Shown: positions 11,711 to 23,948 of the stretch, in pieces
Numbering within the stretch: position 1 is the first letter of the stretch
Layout of the letters: every line of letters starts with the position of its first letter
Assembly (NCBI GenBank): GCA_000934665.2
Contig: JYFJ02004127.1
Location: 1 to 34,561, forward strand
Origin: Catajapyx aquilonaris
Lineage: Eukaryota
Reading direction: 5' to 3'
Length of the DNA stretch: 34,561 nt
Position numbers and translations under genes: made by a program
The notes under the pieces: model-generated
What the model saw: only the letters and a program-made list of their open reading frames with translations
The model's database searches: none
What the model was told of the DNA's origin: nothing

Positions 11711-12045
11711 TACTTCGATCACTACGGACTTTCCATAATGAATTAATGATTATCTAAATTTTCGTAGCAATGATAGAATGATGATGACTAATAATTTGTG
11801 ATTCACACATTGCTTATAATATCGAATAAAAAGCGATCTTATTGAACACCTTGGCAGCAACGAAAATGGGGAAATATGAAGTTAAAAAGCTGCTGGCATT
11901 GAGGAAATCTAATTTGGCCGATCGACGTAAGTAGTTTTGGTAGATGTGCTTTTGGATATTCCGTCAAAAAGAAAGCTAAAAAGTAAGTGTCATGCAAAAC
12001 CAAAGGTGTTGAATGGGGTCTACTAGGTTCAATAGATGACAGCTA

Positions 12046-13423
12046 TTAGTATTCTGTTACGGCGAACTGTGCCAGGACTATGAGGTATGTGGTCACGGTT
12101 CCAGCTAACTGTGAAAGAGACATGAAGAGTCATCAGAACTGCACCTTCCTGTCAAATCTGCACCATAGACTTACGGCTGTCAATAGGCCCCGGTTGACAG
12201 AAAAGAAATTGGCTCCGGATATCTCGATGGGCGGTCCCGTCAGCTTCTGAACCAGAACTTCCATCTGAAACATTGTTGTACGCTTCATAAAATGCAGATT
12301 AAATGAGGGAGGAGTGGAGGTGCATCACTCACATGTGCCTTGATCCTTGGATTGTTAGCCAGAGGACAAGAGTGGATGAGGTGAGGCAATGCCCTCGTGC
12401 TCTGGAAATATCAAAAAGAGTCATTATTATCACACCTAATGGTCACTGGATGTATGACACTACCTGCTGAGATATACGTCCCAGGATGATGGTGAAGGTG
12501 ATGACAGATGACACGATTACCAAAATCACCAGTATTAATATGACTGCGGGACCTACACTCAAGTTGGTATTCAGAAGCAAGATAAACAACATGACGATAA
12601 TAAACATGACATATATAAGATAGGTGGCCATGATGGATACTCCGTAAGTGCTGCTCATGTCGTCCACTATCAGACAAAGGTCGTACAGCAGGTGGCTGGC
12701 AGACTTTAATTTATCAATCATGAATCTGCAATCACTGGGGCCAGTGATTTTAGAGGTGCAGACATGTATGATTTCATCATTGAAATCATCCAGCTTCAAT
12801 TGTATGACCATAGCCAAAAATGTAACTTGCACAGGGATCAAGTGAAGCAGAAAGTGACAGTGCAACATAATGATTATGTCAATCATGTTGTAAGATTGAA
12901 ACAGTTGTCCACTTTGAAGATGGTCATAAATCACGTATGAGAGTTCAGCTAAAGGCAGCAAGAAGCAAGCACAGACCAAAAGTGCGGAACATTTTCGCAG
13001 TTTCTTCTGGTGGTAACGCAGGTTCAGCGAAGAAAAACGGTGTACTAGTTTCGAAATATGCGTGACTCTGGATTGGCAGAAAATGAAGTGAAGCCATGGA
13101 CCACCCACTGCTATTCCATTAAGAGTTAATACCGTCAGCCAACTTGTTGTGCTCGTGTTATTGCTCCTGTACCAAAACGGGAATGGCATCCGAGTAAGCT
13201 TTGCAGAATATGCAGCCAACAGAATGAAGTGCACCAGTGTGGGCCACCTTTGGTACCACTTCCATTTTGCATCTTTCCTGGGCCAAGGACAAGGAGCGAT
13301 TCCTCCAAAGGTGGCCAAGATGGACAGTGGTCTGAACGCTGTCCAAAACGCATTGGTTTCATCTGTTTTTCCTACAGATCTGGCCTCTTCCACCTGAATC
13401 ACAGTAGAATGCCAGGGATACAT
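12046..13423 (-). CDS. GrF: gustatory receptor, intact, ~393 aa
   Basis: Exons 13423-12464, 12401-12333, 12264-12175, 12108-12046; ends LAGTVTTYLIVLAQFAVTEY*. ATG at 13423 is homologous to paralog starts (the track start is GTG). Confidence 0.92.
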
Positions 13424-13719
13424 CGCTTCAGAAGTTGAGGCTCCTGAACAAGATTTTTTAAAATCATAAGTCAGTAGCCTATAATTACTTGCTTTTTTCA
13501 CTTAGATTGATTTGATGTGAATGAGGAAATCAATATAACCCCCACACACCGCCACGTTGCAAGGTATTTAAATATAATAGAATGGCTCTGCAGATATCAG
13601 CACCTTGATGTAATTGTATGAAAAAAATGGTTGGAAAATATACTTGCCAAATATTAAAATTATTGCATCCACTTCCTCTCAGACCCTCCTCCTTTTGATC
13701 ATGTAGCTCTGACAATGAC

Positions 13720-14008
13720 ACTCAAAAGGTGACGCGATGGTGGTGATCAATGCCATTGTGTCCAGAAGGGAGTCTTTGGTTAAGGTGGAGACATGTCAGG
13801 TCAAAGTCAGGGTGCGGCCTCTCCACCAATAAATCCACAACCAGGCTTTAATATGTCAACTTCCTCTGGCTAAAAGTCTAGGGAACATCCAAACCTACTT
13901 GGGATCAATTCAAAGACATATAATATTTAGCTGCACTCTCAATAATTGAAACTCTTCCGATTAGTTTGTGACAATCTTAATATCGCTTGATGTTTCGACA
14001 TTTTCAGA
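13720..14008 (+). pseudogene. Collapsed relic of a GrD-type copy (upstream region joined to intron 1, exon 1 deleted)
   Basis: 13725-13900 matches GrD upstream 5930-6080 (gatcaatgccattgtg...ctaggg.acatccaaaccta); 13920-14008 matches GrD intron 1 (ttagtttgtg.caatcttaatatcgctt.atgtttc.acattttcaga, 7285-7332). Confidence 0.65.
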
Positions 14009-14178
14009 CTGTCAAAAAGATAATCCCAAAAGTGTGAAAAACAATGCCCATCTGTCAAAATCCGAAGTCTGTAGTTTGTCTAAGTTTTTAAAATCTTGTT
14101 GTGATTTTGTTCCAGACTGGTGACTAGTATAGAAGAATTATTGAAATATGATACAAGATAAAGCAGGCGGTGCAACAG

Positions 14179-15592
14179 TTATTTTTCTGCTCCATTGAAC
14201 TGCGCCAGGACTATGACGTATGTGGTCACTGCTGCAGCCAACTGTGAAGGAGACAATAACAGTGATTAGCTACAACTTTGTGTCAAGCAGATTTGTAGAC
14301 TTACTGCTGTCAAGAGGCCCCGGTTGACAGAAAAGTAATTGGCCCCGGATATCTCGATGGGAGGACCAGTCAGCTTCTGAACCAGAACTTCCATCTGAAA
14401 CATTGTTGTGCACTTCAGCAAATGAAGGTTTAATTGTGTTGGTGCAGCACTCACATGTGATTTGATCCTTGGATTGGTGGCCCGAGGACAAGAGTGGATG
14501 AGGTGAGGCAATGCCCTTGTGCTCTGGAAACATCAACATGAGTCATCATTATCACACCCAATGGACACTCAATGGGAGAAGGTATACCTGCTGAGGGATA
14601 CCTCCCAAGATGATGGTGAAGGTAACCACTGATGAGACGATTATCCCAAGATTCACTATTAATATTATTTTATCAGCTATACTTTGGTATGTAACAAGAA
14701 GGAAGTAAAACACATAGCCGGTAATCCACACGACAGATATGAGATAGGTGGCCATGATGGATGCCCCGTAAGTGCTGCCCATGTCGTCCACAACCAGGCA
14801 AAGTTCGTACAACAGGTCGCTGGCAGACATTAGCTTATCAACATACTCGTCATCATTGTTGTGCTCTTCCCTGGGGCCGATTGTGTGTGCTTTGCAGACA
14901 TGTATTACTGCCTCGTTGAAATCATCTAGCTTCAATCGGATGACTGTTGCCAAATAAGTCACTTGCACGGGGATCAAGTGCAGCAGAAAGAGGGAGTGCC
15001 ACACAATCATTGTGTCAACCATTTTGTAAGATTGAAACAGTTGTCCACTTTTAAGATAGGCATAAATCAGGTTTGAGACTTCAGCTAACGGCAGCAAGAG
15101 GCAAGCAGACACTAGAAGTGCAGAATATTTGTGAAGTGTCCGCTCTTGCCCACGCAGGTTTAGTGCAGAAAAACGGTGCACTAGTTTCGAAATCTGAGCG
15201 ACTCTGGATTGGCAGAAAATGAAGTGAAGCCATGGACTACCCACTGTTACTCCATTAAGAGTTAATCCTGACAGCCAACTTGTTGTGCTCGTGTGATTGC
15301 TCCTGTACCAATACGGGAATGGAATCCAAGTAAGCTTCGCAGAATATGCAACCAATAGAATGAAGTGGACCATTGCAGGCCACCGTTGGTACCACTTCCA
15401 ACTCTGCCCTTTCCTTGGCCAAGGACAAGGAGCGATTCCTCCAAAGGTGGCCAAGATGGACAGTGGTCTGAACACGCCGGTCCAAAATGTGTCTCTCTGC
15501 GCCTCACTTCCTTCTGGTGGCATGGTCACGCTCACTTGAATCACTGGCGATGTTCGACGTGACGTGAGGAAGTCGCGATTTGATCTCTTCAT
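14179..15592 (-). CDS. GrG: gustatory receptor, intact, ~408 aa
   Basis: Exons 15592-14588, 14523-14455, 14394-14305, 14241-14179; ends LAAAVTTYVIVLAQFNGAEK*. Confidence 0.92.
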
Positions 15593-15951
15593 TTTTTATT
15601 TTTTTTTGCAACAAGTGGACAATACTCTGAACCACGCTGAACCTTCACCAGCACACCAGGGCAGCCAAGTGTACCATCACCACCTAACACGACCCTTGAC
15701 ACGACCTAAACAGACTCGTCCTTTGCTGGCGACTCGTCTGAAGGTGTCCAAACTGTCTTACAAATTGTGCCCTGCAGAGCCCATTAATATAACATCCGAG
15801 AAGCCAAAGGGTGACAATGAAAATGAGAGTCGATGGCGGTGATCAATGCCATTGTGTCCAGAAGGGAATGTTTGGTCAGGGTGGAGACTGGTCAGGTCAA
15901 GGTCAGGGAGCGGCCTCTCCATCAATATATCCATTTCCAGACTATAGGCCT

Positions 15952-16097
15952 ACAGATGCGATTAGAAGCAATTACCACCAATAATTGGTGGTAATTGCTT
16001 CTAATCGCATCTGTTTAAATGTTAAAATTTATAGGCGTTATCGTACTTGTTACTAATAATTAGTAACAAGTAATAACGCATATAAATTTTATCATTT
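15952..16097. repeat. Two adjacent long palindromes
   Basis: 15952-15982 is the exact reverse complement of 15984-16014 (31 bp, 1-nt spacer); 16017-16057 pairs with 16059-16097 with two mismatches and a 2-nt indel. Both are centred on AATAATT. Confidence 0.92.
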
Positions 16098-16710
16098 ACA
16101 ACGTTATACAGGTGGTAATTTAATAATTTATAGTTAATCTGAAATTCATATGATTAATTTCTTAAAAGTTAGGGAAAGAATTAGGGCATGCAAAAAACAG
16201 CTATAATCAATGTGGGGTGCATCTGTTGTAGAGTATACATTAGCTCCGACCGGTATACTTTTATAATTATATACTTTCGAAAATATGAATTGTAGGTAAT
16301 TTTTTGTAAAGGTCATTATGTCCATCCTTTGTGACGTTCTACATAGTAGTGTATATGTAAATTCCTAGTACTGTATGTTGCTGCTGTGCTATCTATAATT
16401 TATACACATTCCAGCATATTTACATTTTTAAATACTCAATCACGTTATATACGGTACTATATATATAATTATATGCTTCACTATTGACACATTAAGATTT
16501 ATATGAGCATATTGGAAATGACATTAACATGTTCTCACATGAATGTGAGATTAAATAGTAATTAAATTACCATCTGGGGGTGAACATCCGATCCGTCTCG
16601 ACCAGGCAACCAGACCGTGTTAGTAGCATAGTGTGGCTGATCGTATTAAAGCAGATTAAAATAATACTGTTTACAAAAATCTGAAGTTGGTACAGTATAT
16701 GCTGACAGTG

Positions 16711-17077
16711 CAACTATACTTTGGTATGTATCAGGAAGGAAGTAAAACACATAGCTAGTGGTAATCCACACGACATAATTATATGAGATAGGTGGCCATG
16801 ATGGATGCCCCGTAAGTGCTGCTCATGTCATCCACAATCAGGCAAAGATAGTACAACAGGTCGCTGGCAGACATTAACTTATCAACATACTCGTCATCAT
16901 TGTTGACCTCTTCCCTGGGGCCGATTGTTTGTGCGGACAAGGAGCGATTCCTCCAAAGGTGGCCAAGATGGACAGTGGTCTGAATGAGGTCCAAAACTCA
17001 TTTTTGTCAACAACATCTGTTTTCTCAGCAGAGTTTTCTCCTTCCACTTGAATCACTCTCCACCTCCTGGAAAGCAT
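16711..17077 (-). pseudogene. GrH: internally deleted, chimeric Gr exon-1 fragment
   Basis: MLSRRWRVIQVEG...FRPLSILATFGGIAPCP (ATG 17077) fused near 16934 to QTIGPREEVNNDDEYVDKLMSASDLLY...MATYLI* in another frame; over 500 nt missing relative to paralogs; no exons 2-4. Confidence 0.88.
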
Positions 17078-17294
17078 GGTTGCAACTCAAGTTCTTGGTC
17101 TGTTTCTAGTTCACGAAATGAACAACTTGGTGAAAATTATGTGATCACAAGTCTGCATGGAGTGACCCACTCTTCCTCATACACCAAACACGTCTCGACA
17201 TCACACACCAATCATTCTGGTCTCCCTTTTCTGCCTTTGTGTTACGTGCTTTCTCCTTCCATCCATCAGAAGAGAGACAACAATAGAGTTAATA

Positions 17295-17295
17295 T

Positions 17296-17330
<35 letters not shown>

Positions 17331-17377
17331 TATATTTATTATGAAACCCCTTTCGAGGGCTTTACCCTTTTTGGGGG
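17295..17377 (-). mobile_element. 5'-truncated non-LTR retroposon stub with (TAAA)n tail and 15-bp TSD
   Basis: ACAATAGAGTTAATA is directly repeated at 17280-17294 and 17378-17392; the insert on - reads cccccaaaaagggtaaagccctcgaaaggggtttcat followed by (TAAA)n. Confidence 0.75.
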
Positions 17378-18226
17378 ACAATAGAGTTAATAATACAGGC
17401 ATATCATCCAGGAAAGACGAGAAAGATCACCGAATCCTTATTTTCTGGACACTTGGACAAATGGTCATTTCGTAGTATTAAGGGACAAAAGGTATACGTG
17501 TAATATACAGCATTTATTGATACACATTAGCATAAGTCTCATTAATCTGTATGTAGTAGTGCATATTACAACCATATGGAAAGAAGAAATCTATGTTTTC
17601 GTTTCAAAAGTGGCGATTTGGCCTCGGTTATAACATACATTTTCCGGGGTCTCTTGAAGTTTGTTTTATCCGGATTCAACCATACTATTAACCCCTTGAT
17701 TTAATTATGAAATTATGTTACAGTATGTGGAATATCTACCTTGAGAAACGTGCCAGACGAATTAGCTGAAATCGTCGAATTTTGCGAAAATTAAATAAGT
17801 TTGGGTGTTTTAAGATTGACAGAGGCAAGCCGAAGATATATATTAATTTAATTCTCGCAAAGTACCATGATTTTCAACAAATTCGTCTGGTATGGTTCTC
17901 AGTGTAGGCCTAGACATTCAGTACATTTTAAAGTATAATATTGCATAATTAAATCAGACTAACAGTTGGCCGGTAGCACTCTAATTTCGTTTTTTTTACG
18001 ACGATCTTTGTGAAAATCATTTCAGGGACTTCTAGGCGAGGGAAATCGTCTCCAACACAATCATAGTGTAGACTAGAGCATAACCGTGTAAGTATGATAC
18101 GCATAGCACTATAGCTGTTGTTATGTGTAAAAACTATATTGTCATTATCATCACAGTAGTACGTGTAAGCGACAATCTAAGCGGTATAGCTGGTAGCGAA
18201 CTGGTTTAAAAAAAGAACTGAAATAT

Positions 18227-18938
18227 GAGCAAAAACATTCCCTTGAGTGAAAAAAAGAGAAGTAAGACCTCCGCGGCGGAATAAAAGTACTGAAACAAGG
18301 CAGGCACACGTAAGACCTTCACCAATTGATTTAAGCTGTACCATAGGTCTTACTCAAGCAATTCTGAAGTACTGTATGGAACGGCTCGTAAAAATTACTT
18401 CTGCAACCTACTAGACAGTACGAGCAGTAATCAGGGTTTTATTTTGAAAAATAATTATAAATTTATAATTATAATTATAAAAGCCTATCCTCACAGACCT
18501 GGACATTTTCGCCCCAAAAACTTAATGCAGAATCCAATTGAAAAAGAGCCTCTAAAATTTACCCATTTACGTTTACATGTGAAAAATTAAACATACACTA
18601 GGCCTATTATGTTTCAATCACATCTAAAAGAGGTGACGATTCTGCAAAAATGTTCCTTGGGAAATAATTCGCACAAATGGTATAGAAATTCAATATCTTT
18701 AATATTGAAGTTCCTCATTTCAGAAAACACACTTATATAGAGTGGCTCATGGAAAAGTATTATTTTTAGAAAGGAGACTTTACGAGAAGTAAATTGGTAA
18801 TATTGCTTGAGTAAGACCTATGGTATAGCTTAAATCAATTGGTGAAGGTCTTACGTGCGCTTGCCTTGTTTCAGTATACTTTTATTCCGCCGCGGAGGTC
18901 TTACTACCCTTTTCTCACTGAAGGGAATGTATTTGCTC
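18227..18938. mobile_element. Non-autonomous DNA transposon / foldback-like element with ~136-bp terminal inverted repeats
   Basis: 18227-18362 is highly similar to the reverse complement of 18802-18938; arms contain a repeated GTAAGACCT motif; AT-rich interior with no ORF. TSD not resolved. Confidence 0.8.
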
Positions 18939-19092
18939 TTCAAAAAATAATATTGTAAATGGTTCCTATAGAAAATTATCAGTTCTCATGCCTCTATCTA
19001 AATAGAGAAAGTCAGTTACAACATAATTCACTACTATTAACTCTACGATTAATCTCACATAAACGAATGAAACTCTTTATTCCTTAGCATTA

Positions 19093-20476
19093 TTAGGTGA
19101 TAGTAGTTGCTTCTGCTCCAGTAAACTGTGCCAGGACTATCACATAATTATGTGGTCACGGTTCCAGCCAACTGTGAAAGAGACATTACAAATGACTGAC
19201 TGCACGCTCGTGTCAATAGAGACTTACGGCTGTCAATAGGCCCCGGTTGACACCAAAGTAATTGGCTGCGGATATCTCGATGGGAGGACCGGTCAGCTTC
19301 TGAACCAGAACTTCCATCTGAAACATTGTTGTACAATTCAGCAAATGAAGGTGTAAATGTGCAGGTGCATCACTCACATGGGATTTGATCCTTGGATTGG
19401 TGGCTAGAGGACAAGAGTGGATGAGGTGAGGCAATGCCCTCGTGCTCTGGAAATATCGAAAAGGGTCATTATTATCACCGTCAATGGGCACTCAGTGTAT
19501 GATACTATATACCTGCTGAGGGATACGCCCCAAGATTATCGTGAAAGTAACGACTGATGAGACGATTACCAAATTCACCAGTATTAATGTGAATATGCCA
19601 CCAACACTTACGTTGGCAAGCAGAAGCAAGAAAAACATATCGACGGTAATCCACACGACAGATATGAGATAGGTGGCCATGATGGATGCTCCGTAAGTGC
19701 TGCCCATGTCATCCACTATCAAGCAAAGGTCGTACAGCAGGTCATTGGCAGACTTTAATATATCAATCATGAATCTGCAATCACTGGGGCCAGTGATTTT
19801 AGCGGTGCAGACATGTATGATTATTTTCATCATGCAAATCATCTATCTTCAATCGAATGATCATAGCCAAAAATGTAACTTGGACAGGGATCAAGTGAAG
19901 CAGAAAGAGAGAGTGCCACATAATAATGACATCACACACGTTGTGAGGCTGAAACAGTTGTCCACTTCGAAGATGGTCATAAATCATGTTTGAGAGTTCA
20001 GCAAATGGCAGCAAGAAGCAAGCAGCCATCAGCAGTGCGGAATATTTGCGAAGTTTTTTATCGTGGGGACGCATGCTCAGTGCAGAAAAACGGTGCACTA
20101 GTTTCGAAATTTGAGTAACTCTCGTTTGGCAGAAAATGTAGTGAAGCCATGGACCACACAATGTTACTCCATTAAGAGTTAATACTGTCAGCCAAGTTGT
20201 TGTTCTCGTGTGATTGCTCCTGTACCAATACGGGAATGGCATCCAAGTCAGCTTTGCGGCATATGCAGCCAATAGAATGAAGTGCACCAGTGATGGCCAC
20301 CGTTGGTACCACTTCCAACTCTGATCTTTCCTGGGCCAAGGACAAGGAGCGATTCCTCCAAAGGTGGCCAAGATGGACAGTGGTCTGAACGCGGTCCAAA
20401 ACGCATTGGTATCATCTGTTTTTCCTACAGATTTGGCGTCTTCCACCTGAATCACAGTAAAACGCCAGGTAAAAAT
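19093..20476 (-). pseudogene. GrI: full-length Gr pseudogene
   Basis: Exons 20476-19513, 19446-19378, 19317-19228, 19171-19093. Start codon is ATT (20476-20474) where paralogs have ATG; +4 frameshift at ~19821-19826; +4 insertion at 19145-19150 creates a stop in the TY motif. Confidence 0.9.
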
Positions 20477-21264
20477 CGCTTCAGAAGTCGAGGCTTCAGA
20501 ACAAGAAAAAAGCATTTAATTAGTCAATCTAATTACTCCCTTTTTCACGTATGTGTATTTCAATTTTTTTTAAACCCTGCAGATATTAGCAATAATTTTA
20601 TGCAAAAGTTGTTGTAACGTATACTTACCAAATATTAAATAAATTGCGTCCACTTCCTCTCAGCCGGTGTCTTCTTTTTGTCAGGCAGCCATGAAATGAG
20701 TTACATTTTCTCATGTAGTTCATTACATAACCCCCTTTCCCGATAGAGTTCATCGAGACACATTTCCAACAAAGGAGCCCTTTTCATTCTGGCGAATGAA
20801 TGGCCCAGAAATAATGATGGCTTCCACAAAGGGTGTCGCTTGATGTATTACTTCATGGCACATTTGCCCTTATGAATGTACTGTACAGTGTACATAACGG
20901 CCGATAATAAATAATGTGGGCGGGTCTTCCAAGTAAGACAAGAAAGGTCACCACGTCCTTCCTCAACCTCATCTGTTTTCCCTGCATACTTCGAGCACTA
21001 GGGATCTTCCGTAATGATTATTATCTAATTTTCTTAGCAATAATAGATGATGGGTAATAATATTTTTGATTCACACATTGCGTGAAATCCAATAAAAATC
21101 GACCTTATTGAACGGCACTGTGGCTACAATGAAAATGGGGAATTATGAAGTTAATAAGCTGCTGTCATTGGGAAAATTTAATGTAGTTGACCGACTTAAG
21201 TAGTTCTTGTAGGAAGGGGTACAATGGGGTCTACTGTGGTAGCTTCAATAGATGACAGGTATTG

Positions 21265-22770
21265 CTATTCTGGTTCGGCGAACTGTGCCAGGACTATGAC
21301 GTATGTGGTTGCTGTTCCAGCCACCTGTTAAAGAGACATGAAGTATTGTGATCAGAGATGTACAATCTGTCTCAATATGTATTGGCCACTTTATCCTGAT
21401 CTTGAACCAACCCTCCCCTGACACACACCTGCTCACCGTGGGGCCTGTGCGAAGGTTGATTCAAGCCCAGATAAAGTAGCCAAAAGTTATTGAGACAGAT
21501 TGTATCTTCGTGTCAAATGTGCCTTACTGCTGTCAGTAGTCCTCGGTTGACAGAAAAGTAATTGGCTGCGGATATCTCGATGGGAGGACCGGTCAGCTTC
21601 TGAACCAGAACTTCCACCTGAAACATTGTTGTACAATTATTGAGAAAATGCAGATTGAATGAGGGAAGAGTGAACAGTAACTCACATGTGATTTGATGCT
21701 TGGATTGGTGGCCAGAGGACAAGAGTGGATGAGGTGAGGCAATGCCCTCGTGCTCTGGAAACATATAAAAAGTCATTATCATTACATCAAATGGACATTC
21801 AATTATGATACTACCTGCTGAGGGATGCGCCCCATGATGATGGTGAAGGTGATGACCGATGACACGATTACCAAAATCACTAGTATTAATACGACTGCGG
21901 CACCTACACTTGCGTGGGCATGTTGAAGAGAGAAAAACAACTTGGTGATAATAAACATGACATATGTAAAATAGGTGACATGATGGATGCTCCGTAAGTG
22001 CTGCTCATGTCGTCCACTATCAGACAAAGGTCGTACAACATGCCGCTGGCAGACTTTAATTTATCAATCATGAACCTGCAATCACTGGGGTAGGTGCTTT
22101 TAGCGGTGCAGACAGGTATGATTTCATCATTGAAATCATCCAGCTTCAATCGTATGGCCATAGCCAAAAATGTAACTTGCGCCGAGATCAAGTGCAGCAG
22201 AAAGAGAGAGTGCCACATAATGATTGTGACAAACATGTTGTCAGATTGAAATAGTCGTCCACTTACAAGATGCCCATAAATCAGGTTTGAGAGTTCAGCA
22301 AACGGAATCACGAAGCAAGCAGCCATCAGCATTGCGGAATATTTGCGAAGTTTCCTCTCGTGGCGACGCATGTTCAGCGAAGAAAATCGGTGCACCAGTT
22401 TCGAAATTTGCGTGACTCTGGATTGGCAGAAATGAAGTGAAGCCATGGACCACCCACTGCTATTTCATTAAGAGTTAATATTGTCAGCCAAGTTGTTGTG
22501 CTTGTGTAAAAGCTCCTGTACCAAAACGGGAATGGCTTCCAATCAAGTCACTTTTGCTGCATATGCTGCCAATAGAATGAAGTGCACCATAGTCGGCCAC
22601 CGTTGGTACCACTTCCAACTCTGTTTTTCCCTGGGCCAAGGAGCGATTCCTCCAAGGGTGGCCAAGATGGACAGTGGTCTGAACGCGGACCAAAACGCAT
22701 TGGTTTCATCTATTTTTCCTACAGATTTGGCCTCTTCCACCTGAATCACAGTAGAACGCCTGGGAAACAT
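21265..22770 (-). pseudogene. GrJ: full-length Gr pseudogene
   Basis: Exons 22770-21815, 21754-21686, 21617-21528, 21324-21265. In-frame loss of CP in GGIAPCPWP; frameshifts near 22545 (+4 with TGA), 22431 (-1) and 21980 (-1). Confidence 0.9.
21363..21502. mobile_element. TA-flanked MITE in intron 3 of GrJ
   Basis: TA|caatctgtctcaata...tattgagacagattg|TA inverted ends; same element as 24517-24670 and 27576-27737. Confidence 0.8.
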
Positions 22771-23905
22771 CGATTCTGAAGTCTATGCTTCAGAACAAGA
22801 AAAAAACATTTAATTAGTCAATCTAATTGCTTCCTTTGCCATTGTGATTGATTTGATAGGAATTGGGAAATAATTTTTAACCCACATAAACCTCCACGTT
22901 GTATTTCAATATTTTAAAATGACTCTGCAGATATCAGCACCTTGATGTAATTTTATGGAAAAAATTGCTGTAACGTATACTTACCAAATCTTAAAATTGC
23001 GTCCACTTCCTCTCAGCCTGTCTCTCCTTTTTGTCAGGCAGCCATGAAATGACTGCTCTTTTTTCATGCAGTTCATTACATAATTCCCCCCCCCCCCACA
23101 TATTTCCCGATAGTGTTCATCGAGTGACACTTCCAACAAAGGTGGTCTTTTTATTCTGGCAAATGAATGGCTCAGAAAAACATTATTATTGTGTCAGGAA
23201 AGGGCATAGTTTGATATATTACATTTTCTTACATTTTCCTTCATGAATATACACTACATAACAGACATTTAAAATATTATAGGCGTGTCTTTCAGGAATG
23301 AAGAGAAAGGTCACCATGTCCGTATTGTCTGAAGAGTTTGCCAAATGGTCATTTTTTATCAAATAAGAACTGGATGAATGTATTGTATATTTATCTTTCC
23401 ATGGCAGTGACTTATTCAGCATAAAAATTAACCAGCTTAAATACCATCTTTGTGTATCGTGTAAGTCACAATTTTTTGACGTTTTAAAAATATTTAGCTG
23501 TAGTGTCAAAATCTAAAAGTTGATATCAATTACCTTCTCACTACACAGTAGTGCCCTTCAAATAGTAAAAATAATTTTGAGGTAATTCTTTAATGAACAT
23601 TGTTATGGCCATGTAATTTTTGTCGTGCAAGTCACGTTTCCGCTTGGATGCCACTGTCACTATTGTTTCCCGGCTGTTCTCATGAATCTCATCAGAAAGC
23701 AATGAGGACAAAAGTGTCGTGTAAGTCACGATAGAAATAATTTATTTCTTGTGAAATTAATAACATAACACCAAGTACCCATAATAAAACGTCCTCACCC
23801 CCAATAATACTAACATTAAAGTCATAAATGTGAAGAATTTTACATTAATATCTGAAGCCTCTGTTACCAGTGGCTTTCTTGTCGTGTAAGTCACAAATTC
23901 CTTTA

Positions 23906-23948
23906 CTTGATCCTTGGAGAGTTGGCCAGAGGACAAGAGTGGATGAGG
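23906..23948 (-). pseudogene. Isolated Gr exon-2 fragment
   Basis: Reverse complement encodes LIHSCPLANSPRIK (paralogs: LIHSCPLATNPRIK); flanks are non-Gr sequence. Confidence 0.75.
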
